Shown here piece by piece: positions 1-12,815 of a stretch of DNA of 64,000 nt. The DNA comes from Octopus sinensis (Eukaryota), in assembly GCF_006345805.1 (NCBI RefSeq), contig NC_043011.1, forward strand, positions 1,674,001 to 1,738,000, in the 5' to 3' direction. The notes beneath the pieces were generated by a model. It was not told the origin of the DNA. It did no database searches and saw only the letters and a program-made list of their open reading frames with translations. The translations under genes were made by a program, and so were the position numbers. Each line of letters begins with the position of its first letter. Within the stretch, counting starts at the first letter, position 1.

Positions 1-497
1 AATGGTAATGAATGATAGTTTCCACAGACCTGGTACTAATCTTGACCTCATGGGCTATTTAGCGAATAGTTATATGTCGATCTTCCAAAATGGTAGCCTC
101 AACTTGACGGACAGATGCCTCATCAATGGCAGAAGGGGGGCGACCAGATCTGGGAGCTGTTTCCACAGAGTTCCGACCGTGTTTGAATTGACGATACCAG
201 CGTTTTACAAGGCCATATGATGGGGCATCGTCACCATAAGTTACTTTCATTTCATCAAAAGTCTCCCGTGGTGTGCGTCCTTTCAAATACAAAAACCGGA
301 TCACTGCTCAACACTCAACAGGCTCCATTTCATACTTGACTCCGTTCAAACACCTGTAAATCAGAAACCACAATTAGTTCAGAGCTGTAATTTGCCACTT
401 AATCTATAGAGATATAAATAATTGCACATGCAAAATTTCAGCTAGATCAAACAACTGCAAGTGGGTCAGGGGCATTACTTATTGAACGTCCCTCGTA
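1..497 (-). mobile_element. Mariner DNA transposon, 5' end with transposase N-terminal (HTH) fragment
   Basis: ORF 59-304(-) MIRFLYLKG..TFDEMKVTYGDDAPSYGLVKRWYRQFKHGRNSVETAPRSGRP matches the mariner DNA-binding N-terminus. The minus strand begins TA-CGAGGGACGTTCAATAAGTAATGC (mariner-type TIR plus TA target). The element continues beyond the window start. Confidence 0.9.
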
Positions 498-830
498 AAT
501 AGAGGTCGATTTCATTGGTTATATGCGGAAATTTAGTTGACTGTATGCCCAGAAGACTTCATGCAGTCATTGAAAGCAAGGGTGTCACACTAAATATTGA
601 ATATAGCAAATAATCCTTTAGGGTGTACAGATTTTTGTATTGCTTGAAAATTAATGTTTCGTTCTCATCTTTGAAAATTTATCTCATTTTGTGTTCAAAA
701 TTTGTATAATGTTTGCATGTATATTATATTTTATTCAGTATAAATTTCGTTTGCTTCCCTTTAATATTATCAGATTAATGGAAATTTTACTGTAATTTTT
801 TAGTGGTGTACGCACGTCTGTGAGATATAC
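498..830 (+). mobile_element. Tc1 transposon 3' remnant, interrupted by the mariner
   Basis: ~540-600 translates as CMPRRLHAVIESKG (Tc1 C-terminal motif SMPRRLxAVIxxKGG). ~805-827 GGTGTACGCACGTCTGTGAGATA resembles the reverse complement of the Tc1 TIR CAGTATCTCACAAAAGTGAGTACACC. Confidence 0.7.
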
Positions 831-836
831 ATATAC

Positions 837-931
<95 letters not shown>
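826..931. repeat. (TA)n microsatellite
   Basis: Pure TA run. Confidence 0.98.
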
Positions 932-933
<2 letters not shown>

Positions 934-1299
934 CGCAGGAGTGGCTGTGTGGTAAGTATCTTGTTTACCAACCACATGGTTCCAGGTTCAGTCCCACGCG
1001 TGGCACCTTGGGCAAGTGTCTTCTACTATAGCCTCGGGCCGACCAAAGCCTTGTGAGTGGATTTGGTAGACGGAAACAGAAAGAAGCCCGTCGTATATAT
1101 GTATATATATATATATGTGTGTCTGTGTTTGTCCCCCTAGCATTGCTTGACAACCGAGGCTGGTGTGTTTATGTTCCCGTTACTTAGCGGTTCGGCAGAA
1201 GAGACTAATAGAATAAGTACTGGGCTTACAAAAGAATAAGTCCCGGGGTCGAGTTGCTTGATTAAAGGCAGTGCTCCAGCATGGCCGCAGTCAAATGAC
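932..1299 (+). mobile_element. tRNA-derived SINE, family A (head GGCGCAGGAGTGGCTGTGTGG, internal (TA)/(TG) tract)
   Basis: A-box-like TGGCTGTGTGG and B-box-like GGTTCAGTCCC; more than 10 near-identical copies in the window. Confidence 0.9.
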
Positions 1300-1353
1300 C
1301 CAGAACCATGTGGTTGGTAAACAAGCTACTTACCACACAGCCACTCCTGCGCC

Positions 1354-3849
1354 TGCCCTCCACTCTTCACCCAACCTATCCTCCGCTTCATTCTTAATCT
1401 CAACCACCAACTCTACAACCACCTCACACACACAAAAAACAAAAAACTCCACCTCCTCCTCAACCCCTCACCCCCTTCCCCATCCTCCCCCACTGTTCCC
1501 CCCCTCCTTCGCACCTACCCCACCCTTCCACGGACCCACACCCCCCCACCGTGACCTTCCTACGCCTAACCCATCTTCACCCAACCACCCCTACCCTCCC
1601 CTTCACACCCCTGCACCCCCTCCGCCTGCCCCTAGTCCTCCCACCACCCCGCTTCCTCGCGCTGTTGTCACTATACCCCCCACCTCCCCCTCTCCGCCGC
1701 TGAGCGTTCCCTCCTCAGTAAGGGTCTCCGCTTCACGCCACTCACGCGCCACTGTGATGAGTTCGAGACTCGGGCGGACGTCAACCTGTTCCTGCGCCGC
1801 CTCAAACTTCGCGCATACTACCACGCGTCCCCGCAGCGTCACAACAATCAGGATTGCCTTTTGGAGCTGGGGCGTCGTCCATCCATCTGGACGCCGCCCC
1901 CAGGCCTTTTCAGTAGCCTAGATTCGTTTGTACATGACTGCAACGCTTTGGTCCACCGTTTCAACTTTGCACCAAGACCCCGCCGAGCCAACCTCACTCG
2001 GGCCGAATCCATTGCCCTTCGCCACCTCCGCCGTCGTGATGACATTGTCATCAAACCGGCGGACAAAGGCGGGGCAGTGGTAGTGTGGCGCGCGGACCTA
2101 TACAGGGAGGAAGCGCTCAACCAGCTTCAAAATCCACTCTTCTATCGCCTCCTCCCCTCCGATCCCACCTCCTCCTACCAACAGCGAGTGTCCTCCACCA
2201 TCCACGACCTCATCTCCTCCTCCGCTCTCCCCCTCACCGCCACCAACCTCATCGTCCGCACACCCCGCACCTCCACCATCTACTTCCTTCCCAAGATCCA
2301 TAAACCCTCTAATCCTGGCCGTCCCATAGTCTCTGCCTGTAATTGCCCCACTGAACTCATCTCCCTATACCTCGACCGCATCATGTCCCCCTTAGTCGCA
2401 GCCCTCCCATCCCACATACACGACACCAACCACGCCCTCCGTCTCTTCAATTCCTTTTCCTTCCCTTCCAGCCCCTCACACCTCCTCTTCACTTTAGATG
2501 TAAAATCCCTGTACGCAGTGATTCCCCACAATGACGGTCTCCTAGCCCTCCAACACTTCCTCGACCGTCGTCCCGACCCCACCCCCCACACCCCCACCCT
2601 TCTCCGGTGGCTGAGCTCGTCCTCACCCTCAATTGCTTCACGTTCGCCGGGGAAACGTACCAACAGGTGTCCGGGGTCGCGATGGGAACTAGGATGGGCC
2701 CCAATTTCGCCAATCTCTTTCTTGGCTACATTGAGGCCCAAGTGTTCTCCCAGTTCTCTGGGCCGACCCCCGAACTATACGGTCGCTATATCGACGACTG
2801 CGTAGGTGCCACCTCCCTTTCCCGCGAACTTCTCTGCCAATTCCTCTCTTCCTTTCCAACTTTCACCCCTCTCTTCAATTCACCTCCACCATCTCCAACA
2901 CCTCTGTCAACTTCCTTGACATCTCTCTCCGCATCGATCACCCCTCCAGCTCTCTCACCACCACCGCCTTTTTTAAACCTACGGATTCCCACCTCTATCT
3001 CAACTTCTCTTCCTCCCACCCCTTCCACACCAAACGAGCCATCCCCTACTCCCAGTTCCTCCGCCTCCGACGTTTGTGCAGCCGCGACCAGGATTTCGAG
3101 ACCCAATCTCAATACCTGGCCCGCATGTTCAGACTCCGAGGTTACCCACCCATACTCCTCTCTGATGCCCTCACCCGCGCCCGTCGCATCGACCGCACTA
3201 CCGCCCTGTCTCCTTCCCCCCGCCCACCCCCCAACCGCACCCCCTTCCCCCTCCTTTTCCCCCCCTCTACCCTACCCCTTCGTCGCAAGATACTACGTGC
3301 CTTCCGTCGCCTCCAGCTTGATCCCACCACCCGCCCCATTTTCCCCAACCCACCCCTGTCCTCTTTCAAACGAGCCCGCAATCTGCGTGACCTCCTGGTC
3401 CACAGCACCCTCTCTCCTTCCCCCTCAGCCCCACACGGATCATTCCCTTGCTCTAGATCCCGTTGCAACACTTGCCCCTTCATCACCAACACCACCGCTG
3501 TCACCGGCTCCAACCTGCACACTGTACGCATTAGGCACTCTTTTACGTGCATCTCGTCTGGCCTTATTTACTGCATTAAATGCAACCTATGCGGGATGCT
3601 GTATGTAGGACAGACGGGACGCCGGTTGTCCGACCGTTTCACTGAACACTTGAGGGACGTTCGCCTACACTCTCTTTCTCCCGTCGCACGCCACTTCGCT
3701 CGGCCGGCCATTCCCTAGATGACATCTCAGTGTTTGGTCTCGCCCCCCACCATGGTCGCCCACTTTCCAGGCTCCACTTAGAGCAACGCTACATCTTCAC
3801 CCTACAAACTACCACCCCACACGGACTTAACACAGCCCCCTCATCTTGA
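1354..3849 (+). mobile_element. Penelope-like retroelement (Neptune-type), 5'-truncated, frameshifted RT + GIY-YIG ORF
   Basis: Across shifted frames: LSAAERSLLSKGLRFTP, IVIKPADKGGAVVVW, YFLPKIHKPSNPGRPIVS, LDVKSLYAVIPH, GVAMGTRMGPNFANLF, YGRYIDD, Zn-knuckle PCSRSRCNTC, GLIYCIKC..LYVGQTGRRLSDRFTEH, and C-terminal LEQRYIFTLQTTTPHGLN with stop at 3847-3849. At least 4 frameshifts. Confidence 0.95.
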
Positions 3850-3879
3850 GATCCGTTTTTTTTTTTTTTTTTTTTTTTG

Positions 3880-6510
3880 TGGACACACCACTCACACACA
3901 CCCACCCACCTACCTCCCACACCCACCCACCCACCTACCTCCCACACGCCTGTTCACACACACACATACGTAGACCCATCTTCGTACATACATTCACACA
4001 TTTAATCACACACACTTACAGACATACTAACACACACTAACATACAAACCAACATGCACATACACACACACATACATACATACGCACATACATACTTACA
4101 CACACACACACAGACATACATACACACATACACACACACATACATACGCACATACATACACACACACTCACACACACACACCGCACGTACATACTTCACA
4201 CACACACATGCAAACATACATGTAGGCACATACATACATACATACCTACACATGCACACCCTTACACTGAATGCACACACACATACACCTTTTTGCATCC
4301 AGGCAGCCCCCCCTCTTTTCTGCTTTCCGGTTTTTGGCTGATGGATCCTCGGTTCCCGCGTAGCGGGGCGTTCGAGGGCCTTTGCGCTCGCGCGCCTTGG
4401 CGCGTGGTGGGGGCTTGGTCGGCCCCTTGGGCTTGCGTTGTACTGCTTGTGCGTTGTGTGCGTGGGCGCGCTTCGTGTGTGTGGGCTTGCTTCGGATGTG
4501 CGCGTGCGTATGTATGCATACATACCCACACACTCGCATGCATCCCTACCCACATACATACACGCACCCCTACTCACACACACACAATACACACACATAC
4601 CTGCACACACACACACACATACATACATACACATACATACCTACTTCAGACATACACACACACAGACATACACCCACACTCACACTCACACGCATACACA
4701 CACACACATACACACGCACACGTACACATACACACACACACACACACACACCTACATACATACATTACACTTGTATACACACACACTTACATTCATACAC
4801 ACACACACCTACACAGCCATACCCTCACTCAGACACACAACATCTACCTACACACACACACACAACACACACGGACAACACCCATACATACATCTACACA
4901 CACACGCCTACACACATACATACACACATACATAAACACACACACATACACATATACACACATACGCCACACACACATATACTTATACACATGCACACAC
5001 ACACATACATACATACACCCATATACATACACCACACATACCCACATACTCCTATACGCACATACATACACACAGACATACACATATACACACTCACACA
5101 AACATACACACACACATACTTACACACACACTCACCTGCACGCGCACACACATGCATGACAAACACCCATACACTCACACTCACATACGCACACACCAAC
5201 ATAAACACGCACACGCACACGCACACACACACCTACACTCCCACACACACCTACATACACATGCATACACACACACACACAAACATGCACGGACACACCC
5301 AGACATACACACATACACCTATATACACACGCCCACACACCTACATACACACACATATACACACGCCCACACACCTACATACACACACATACATACACAC
5401 ACATACACGGACACACCCATACATACTTACATACATACACCTATACACACACGCCCACACACCTACATACACACACATGCATACACACACACACACATGT
5501 ACGCACACACACACACATATACGCACATACATATATACCCACACACATGCACACACACACACACATACGCACATGCATGCATGCATGCATGCACACGCGC
5601 ACACCTACACGCATACACACACACACACGCACGTACACATACATACATACACACACACGCATACATACACCCATACACATACATGCATCCTACACACACA
5701 TACATACACACTCACACATACATACACACACACACTCACTCACACACCTGTATGTACGCGCACACACATGCACATACACACACTTCCCCACACCCACACG
5801 TACATACATACACACTCACACACATACACACACACACACACACACGGACATACATCTATGCACACACATACTACACACATACTCACATACATTCATCGAC
5901 ACACTGCCACCCGGACATACACACAGACACACTCACACATCCACACACATACATACTTACGCACATACTCGCAGGCTCGCGCACGCACGCGCTTGCGCCG
6001 GTTCGCGTACGCATACGCTCCGCAGGCACCTCGCTCTTGGAACCGACAAGACCTCCCGCCCGTTCCTGGGACCGTCGCGTGTCGTTGGGTTTTCCCACGC
6101 CCTCCTCCGCGGGACCACTCTTCCATCTTCCCCTCAGCTGGAGTCCTTTTTCCTTAACCCCCCCCTTTTTCGTTACACACACGCGCACACATATACACAC
6201 ATTGCTTAAATATATACATTACTCTTACACACATTCAATCTACTCGCCATTTATACCACCACGACACTGGACACACACACACACTACTACTCAACAAACG
6301 CTGGCACGCTACATACGCCCCACCCCTTCCCCTCCCTCCCTTCCTCCTTCCTTCTTTTTCTTACTACTGACCATTGTCTGCTAAGCTGACCACTATCTCG
6401 CCCTACCTCACACGCCTACACACAGACGCACACACTAACACACACATATATATTTTTTTGTTTTTTCATCTCGCCTCACACACACACATACACACACGCA
6501 CACACTCACA
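3880..6510. repeat. Cryptic (CA)n/(TACA)n simple-sequence field with two GC-rich islands
   Basis: Degenerate CA/TACA repeats; the overlapping H/T/Y-rich ORFs are artefacts. Confidence 0.95.
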
Positions 6511-6599
6511 CATACACACACATCTGTTGCGTTACCAACCTTGTCTCCACTCTTTTGCCTTTAAAAACCCACTTTGCTCTGTTTTCGTAAACATCCGCC

Positions 6600-6820
6600 T
6601 TTCACCATGTGCAACTCGTAAACACCAGTCGTCTTTTTTCTCTTTCCCTGTTGCCCGCTCTGGGATCTTTCTTTCCTCTCTCTTCCTTCTTTATGTTTCC
6701 GACGAAGAGCTCCGCTCGAAACGTCATACCTCCCTGCTTCCTTTTCCTGAGCGCCTATTAATAATAATACTGTAATTGTTCCATTGTTGTTGTTTTTTGT
6801 TTCCCGTTTGGATTAAAATT
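6600..6820 (+). mobile_element. PLE-terminus-like repeat (family H1) ending in (TA)n
   Basis: Similar to 7300-7500(-) and 40790-41000(-); pyrimidine-rich, carries an HHR motif, abuts a TA run. Confidence 0.7.
6695..6729 (+). ncRNA. Minimal type I hammerhead ribozyme motif (U4C variant)
   Basis: GUUU-CCGACGA-A-GAGC UCC GCUC-GAAAC GUC/AUAC: stem II 4 bp, loop-less stem III, GUC triplet, stem I 3 of 4 bp. Confidence 0.65.
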
Positions 6821-6824
6821 ATAT

Positions 6825-6867
<43 letters not shown>

Positions 6868-7299
6868 GTTCAAATTTATAGGAAAACGAAGACAAAGACA
6901 GGTGTAGGAACAACAAGCAAATGTATTGGTTTGATACTTTCGATAAATGGAAAAGTCTTTTGCATTTCATACACAACAGGCTTCTTTCAGTTTCGGTCTA
7001 CTAAATCCACTCACAAGGGTTTGGTTGGCCCAAGGCTATAGAAGAAGGCACTTGCCCAAGGTTTCACACACTATATATATATATCACAAAACAAATGAGA
7101 GAAACAGAAAATTTTCTGTTTCTCTCATTTGTTATATACTCAACAGATACTGAAAATTTCCTGAAGTAGATCCAGTGGCATTTATATCAACACTGTAGAT
7201 GACATCAGGTTGCTATAGACAGTGAAAGTGCTTTAATTGGCATAGTACTGGGTGTATATCCAAGGGTTAAATAACTACTTATATATATATAAATAAAGT

Positions 7300-7500
7300 T
7301 AAACCAAACAAGAAAGCATAAAAAAACACAACAACGCGAGGACGTGGAGCAAATATAGTATTATTGGACGCTCAGGAAAGAAGGAAAGAAGGAGGGTTTA
7401 ACGTTTCGAGCGGAGCTCTTCATTGGAAACATAGGAGAAGGAAATATCCAGAGAAGGGAAGACAGAGGAAAAAAATCACCAATGGTACACACGCGGTCAC
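7300..7500 (-). mobile_element. PLE-terminus-like repeat H1 with mutated HHR (7396-7430)
   Basis: Minus strand GUUU-CCAAUGA-A-GAGC UCC GCUC-GAAACGUU/AAAC; G5 is changed to A, so probably inactive. Confidence 0.7.
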
Positions 7501-7773
7501 AGGGGGTTTATTTCAAAGGTAATCTAAACAACTAGGTATGCCAGGTAAGTGCTGTAATAGATTACTAGGATTCCAAAGTTATAACCGAGACGGTAGTTAT
7601 GGAGCCATTGTAGATTCCCTATATAGTGAATATATAATTGTTGAAGAGGGAAACAAACGTTAAGGCAAGGCAAACACATGAAGGCAAGGCAAACATCATT
7701 ATTATTGGAAAAAATTCAGTCTTACAGCTGTTTGTGGAATATCCCAGAGTATGGGATATTCCATCATTGTAGA

Positions 7774-8056
7774 CATCATCATCATCATCATCGTTTAGCA
7801 TCCACTTTCCATGCTAGCATGGGTTGGACAGTTCAACTGGGGTCTGGGAAGCCAGAAGGCTGCACCAGGTCCAGTCTGATCTGGCAATCTTTCTACGGCT
7901 GGATGCCCTTCCTAACGCCAACCACTCCGTGATTGTAGTGGGTGCATTTTAAGTGCCACCTGCACAGGTGCCAGACGAGTCTGGCAAACGGCCACGATCG
8001 GATGGTGCTTTTTACGTGCCACCGGCACTGGGGCCAGGCGAGGCTGGCAACGGCCA
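7774..8056 (-). mobile_element. Non-autonomous retroelement family C (tail ..GGACGTTAAACGATGATGATG; internal GGTGCTTTTACGTGCCACC repeats)
   Basis: (ATG)n tail; more than 10 homologous copies in the window. Confidence 0.85.
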
Positions 8057-8843
8057 AGGAAAAACGAGAAGGGTATAGATTAATGAAATGAAGAGAGAAG
8101 GAAAAAGGAGATGAAGAAAGAGAAGAAGAAAGAGGCATAAAAGTTCTCAGTTCAACTTCCTGATCATGAAGAAGTAAGGACTTAGGTACAATCCTGTGTA
8201 AATCCAAGCAGGTTAAAATCCTGATTGTGTAAATATCCAGAAATAGACACAAACATATCAACGTTCAATAACAGAATGGTAGCTAAGGTGGCTATTAAGT
8301 GGTAAAGAGAAATAAAAATAAATGAATAGAAAGAGAGGTAGAGAGAGTGAGGGAGGAAATTAAAGATTGGTATTCAGGATAAAATAAGGTACATAAAAAT
8401 ATAGTGTCTAAGAATATAGTGTACAAAAATAACCAAGAAGATATATAAATAAATATATATGGGTAAATAAGGAGAGAGGAGATAAAGTAAGATAATGTAA
8501 AAATAACAAAATAAACAAAATAAAGTAAAATGAAAGGAATTCAAAGAGAATAGGTGTAGTGGTATTCTTCTGGTTTAGAGGGGTTGGCGAGGAAATCCTC
8601 ACTTGTGTCCGTTGTGGCTAAGGTCAGTGGCTGAAGAAATATTTTTAGCAATGGGGTTATGGGTGTGTAGGTAGTTGTGAATGGAGAAACTATTTGGGTG
8701 TTAAATTATTTAGGGATAAGAGTTAGAATGAAATATTGGGTGATTTATTAGGTTAAGGTAAGGAATTTTTCTGCCATATATGGATAGTTTATCCTGTTCT
8801 TGCTATTGTATTAGCATTATCATTTGTTTGAGAATAAATAATT

Positions 8844-9058
8844 GCGGCGAGCTGGCAAAAACGTTAGCATGCTTGGCAAAATGTGTAGCCATATTTTGTC
8901 TGCTGCTACGTTCTGAGTTCAAATTCTGCCGAGGTCGACTTTGCCTTTCATCCTTTCGGGGTCGATAAATTAAGTACCAGTTACGCACTAGGGTCGATGT
9001 AATCGACTTAATCCACTTGTCTGTCCTTGTTTAGCCCCTTGTGGGTAGTAAAGAAATA
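8844..9058 (+). mobile_element. SINE family B (GGCGGCGAGCTGGCAGAA head, B-box-like GAGTTCAAATTC)
   Basis: Homologous to 17693-17914, 18215-18446 and 51843-52068. Confidence 0.85.
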
Positions 9059-9547
9059 TAACTTCTGTATCATAAATTAACAAATTACTATTTATCTTAT
9101 AAAGTGATAAGGCAAGATTGATAGAAGAGATATAGAGGGGTCGGTTATCATCACTTTAAAATGACTGTTCTGTAGGAAACAACATTACTGCCATTTTTAA
9201 CCCTATCAGGATGCCTCTTACAGCTGGTTATCGATGCAATCTGCACCCCATATATATTGAGAGCAGGGGAGTGAACCCCCACCATCTTCCAGTGATGATG
9301 GAACCGCCAGACAATCCAGTTTTGAGCCATTTGTGTTCAAAGTCAGTGGTGGAGACTTGTCCACAAGTGATAGTAGTTTTTTCCAGCTCACAATTTATAA
9401 ATAAGTGACAACCAGTCACTGATCTTGCAACAAGCAAAACAGCGAGTTAGAAAATCTCCATAAGAGATGAAAGCAGTAACTATACTGAGAAGTAACAGTT
9501 ATCGCCATTTCAACATATATATATATGCATATGTATATATATTTATA

Positions 9548-9692
9548 GGCACAGGAGTAGATGTGTGGTATGTAGCTTGCTTACCAGCCACATGGTTCCA
9601 AGTTCAGTCCCACTGTGTGGCACATTGAGCAAGTGTCTTCTACTGTAGCCTTGGGTCAACCAAAGCCTTGAGTAGATTTGGTAGACGGAAAT
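9548..9692 (+). mobile_element. SINE A 5' half, ending at its internal TA tract
   Basis: Homology to 932-1090; followed by TA and the inverted-repeat unit. Confidence 0.8.
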
Positions 9693-9767
9693 CTATATAT
9701 ATATATATATATTACGTTTATATATTCTTGTACAAGATTTTTTATGTGAAATCGTGTGTTGAAACAG

Positions 9768-10143
9768 ATATTGTTATATTTCGGAATGGTCATTTTGCCA
9801 GTTTAGCCAATAAAAACACACGCGCTATATATTTGGTGTTACATTACTTCAGTGTTATTTATTTTTTACATTAATCTTAATCTTATTTCGGCCAGAGTTC
9901 TTTCGTCACACTCCTGTGACCGCATCATCTGATGGTTAGTAAAGAGAGACACACAAATAAGAAAGAAGAAAGCAAAGGACCACTGATGCGGTTACAGGAG
10001 TGTGACGAAAGAACTCTGGCCGAAATAAGATTAAGATTAATGTAAAAAATAAATAACACTGAAGCAAAGTAACACCAAATATATAGTGCATGTGTTTTTA
10101 TTGGCTAAACTGGCAATATGACCATTCCGAAATACAACAATAT
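9768..10143. repeat. Long inverted repeat (160-bp arms, 56-bp spacer), PLE-terminus-like
   Basis: 9768-9927 is the reverse complement of 9984-10143 with few mismatches; TA runs on both sides. Confidence 0.95.
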
Positions 10144-12124
10144 ATATATATACAGAGAGAGAGAGATAGTGACTGACAGACAGACACACACACAGAGGGA
10201 GAGACCTATTTTATATTCCATGTTTTAACTGAATCTTCAATACACATGCATATTCATAACAAGTCTTAAATGTTTAGCCTACTCCTTGTATTATTTTGTT
10301 TTACTCAAAATATAAGTAATTTCATAAGTTATTCGAATAACTTTCATAGAATTCTTGCTGTCCCTGCTCCATTACTTTCTTCTCTATTGTAATTATTCTT
10401 TGTGTTATTACTATGAATTGTTTTGTTTTTGTTTGTCTAATATTTCTGTAAATTAAATCTGATAATCATTTGATATTATTGCTTTATATGATTATCTCTT
10501 CTTTAAAGGCGGGTATCATTGTCTGTAGATATAGGTTTGGTTATCAATTTTGCCATTTTATTCTGCTTGATAGAATTTATCCTCTTTCTCTTTTGTGCCT
10601 TTGAGTCATGTGGAATATATAGTCAACAATTTAAGAATTACTAGTCAATATCTAGGAGGAGTTTGCAGGTGGTTTCATTTCTTACAGAATATATATCTAG
10701 TAATAAGTGACTGTGTTTGATGAATTGAATATGGAATGGAGTGTTTTGCTTCAGTTATTACACACATTCAGAACATAAATAGAAACTAGCAGATTGATCT
10801 AGTAGCAAATTTCTCTGAGTAAATTGAAGAGTCTGAGACAAATCGGAGTTGCTATCTTTATTGTCTGGGTCAATATGGATAGTTGGAAGCTCCTACAGCT
10901 TGCATTAATTAATTACTAAGATGAAGCTGACTTGGTATATACCTTATGATAGTTCTGCTTGTCATTCTGTTTACTCAGCCTATCAGTAACACTTTCATGT
11001 GATTAGTTGAAGGGAAAGAGAGGAGAAAGAAAAGGAGGGAGAAAAATAGATAAAGGCAAAGAGTAAGACAGAAAGTGAGAATGAAAAAGAGGGAGAGAGA
11101 AAACGACAGAGAGAGAAAAAGAGGGAGAGAGAAGCATCCATGACGTGAGGTAGGGGAATGTAATATTTATTATGTGGTTAAAAAAGTTAGTCAAAAGTAG
11201 TGATGATAGAGAGGAGGAGAGTTGAAAATATAATTTCAGCAGTGGGGTAATGTTCTGGTGATGAGATGAGGTTAAAGAAAGGCAGAGAGAGAGATTGAGG
11301 GGAGAGAAAGTGAGGAGAGAGAGATGATGTGATGGTGGTGGTGGTGGTGGTGATTGGATAGCGAAAAGTGTATTTTTTTATTTAATCGAACTAAGTTTTT
11401 TATGTCACCTATCACTTAACACATGCTCATAAGTGCAATTCTGTGAAATATTCATGCTTGTATATATGGCAGATATTTAACTAAAGGTTGTATCATATGT
11501 ACAGGATATGTTTTTTCATTTATGGGAAAATGGAAAAATAAGAGTGAATATTAATTTTATGAGTGCTGTGTTTTAAGTCCATAAAATTATACATAAAGTA
11601 TATAAAGTGTATATATAAAGTGCATTAAGTTATAATTGTATCTCAATTCCTTTCACTTTTCAATGAGTAGCTGATGAGTGACTATCTTTCTATACAGGCA
11701 CAACACAAGCTATATTTTTAGGGATTTTTGGATAAAGTTTTCAGAAATAGCCCAATAGGTTCACCATTAATTCTGTGAAATAGTCACGGGATCCACTAGT
11801 TTACGTTGATTTAGACTGCACTAGTTAGAATATCTTTTCTATAGACAAAATACAGACCCAGTGGCAAGGTACAAAGTCTATTCCAAATGAAATCAAACTT
11901 TTAAAGCAGCACATCTATCACCTGGCATAGCATGTTTGTGATTGCAGTGCTGTTGAGTGACTTCACTCTTTAGTCTAATAATAACCATATTATGTCACTC
12001 CAATTAGTCATCAGTCTACATGTGCCAAAGTCGATGTATATTTGGGGTACTTGGTATTTTGTCACAAGTTGAGCAATGAAAAATTTGGACTAACAAAACA
12101 TTTATGTGAATTGCTATTTATTGT

Positions 12125-12513
12125 GGATGGAAGCACTCCGTCGGTTACGACGACGAGGGTTCTGGTTGATCCGAATCAACGGAACAGCCTTCTCGTGAAA
12201 TTAACGTGTAAGTGGCTGAGCACTCCACAGACACGTGCACCCTTAACGTAGTTCTCAAGGATATTCAGCATGACACAGAGAGTGACAAGGCCGGCCCCTT
12301 GAAATACAGGTACAACAGAAACAGGAAGTAAGAGTGAGAGAAAGTTGTGGTGAAAGAGTACAGCAGGGATCACCACCATCCCCTGCCGGAGCCTCGTGGA
12401 GCTTTTAGGTGTTTTCGCTCAATAAACAGTCACAACACCCGGTCTGGGAATCGAAACCGCGATCATATGACCGCGAGTCCGCTGCCCTAACCACTGGGCC
12501 ATTGCGCCTCCAC
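12125..12513 (-). mobile_element. tRNA-derived SINE family D with 13-bp TSD
   Basis: Head GTGGAGGCGCAATGGCCCAGTGGTTAG..GGTTTCGATTCC; TSD TGCTATTTATTGT at 12112-12124 and 12514-12526. Confidence 0.9.
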
Positions 12514-12815
12514 TGCTATTTATTGTACCAGTATTTTGAATAAGGAAGAATATCCACCAAAGTTGATACCAAAACATATATTTCCATGACAACAAATGGC
12601 AATCACTTTGCAGAATTGCATGCTGTGATCTATAAAAATCATCATCTGTCTGTCCACAAAGTTTTCTAAGTAGGCATCTTTAAAAGTTTGTGCCATATGG
12701 TTTTAAAAGAAAATGCAAATGCATCATGTCATCACAAAATGTCTGCTATTCCTGCTGACAGACAAAACCAGTCAATTGGATTTGTGTTACAATTCTTTCC
12801 CACTTAAAAGAAGCT

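Noticed and set aside
4002-6384. Many long H/T/Y- or V/C/M-rich ORFs, likewise at 28919-29568, 42246-42905, 44795-48563 and 62763-63129
   Set aside because: Translations of CA/TA microsatellites.
12125-12513. tRNA gene calls at SINE heads (also 36365, 40249 and SINE A/B heads)
   Set aside because: The tRNA-like A/B boxes continue into repeat bodies, with TSDs seen for the family D copies; these are SINEs, not tRNAs.
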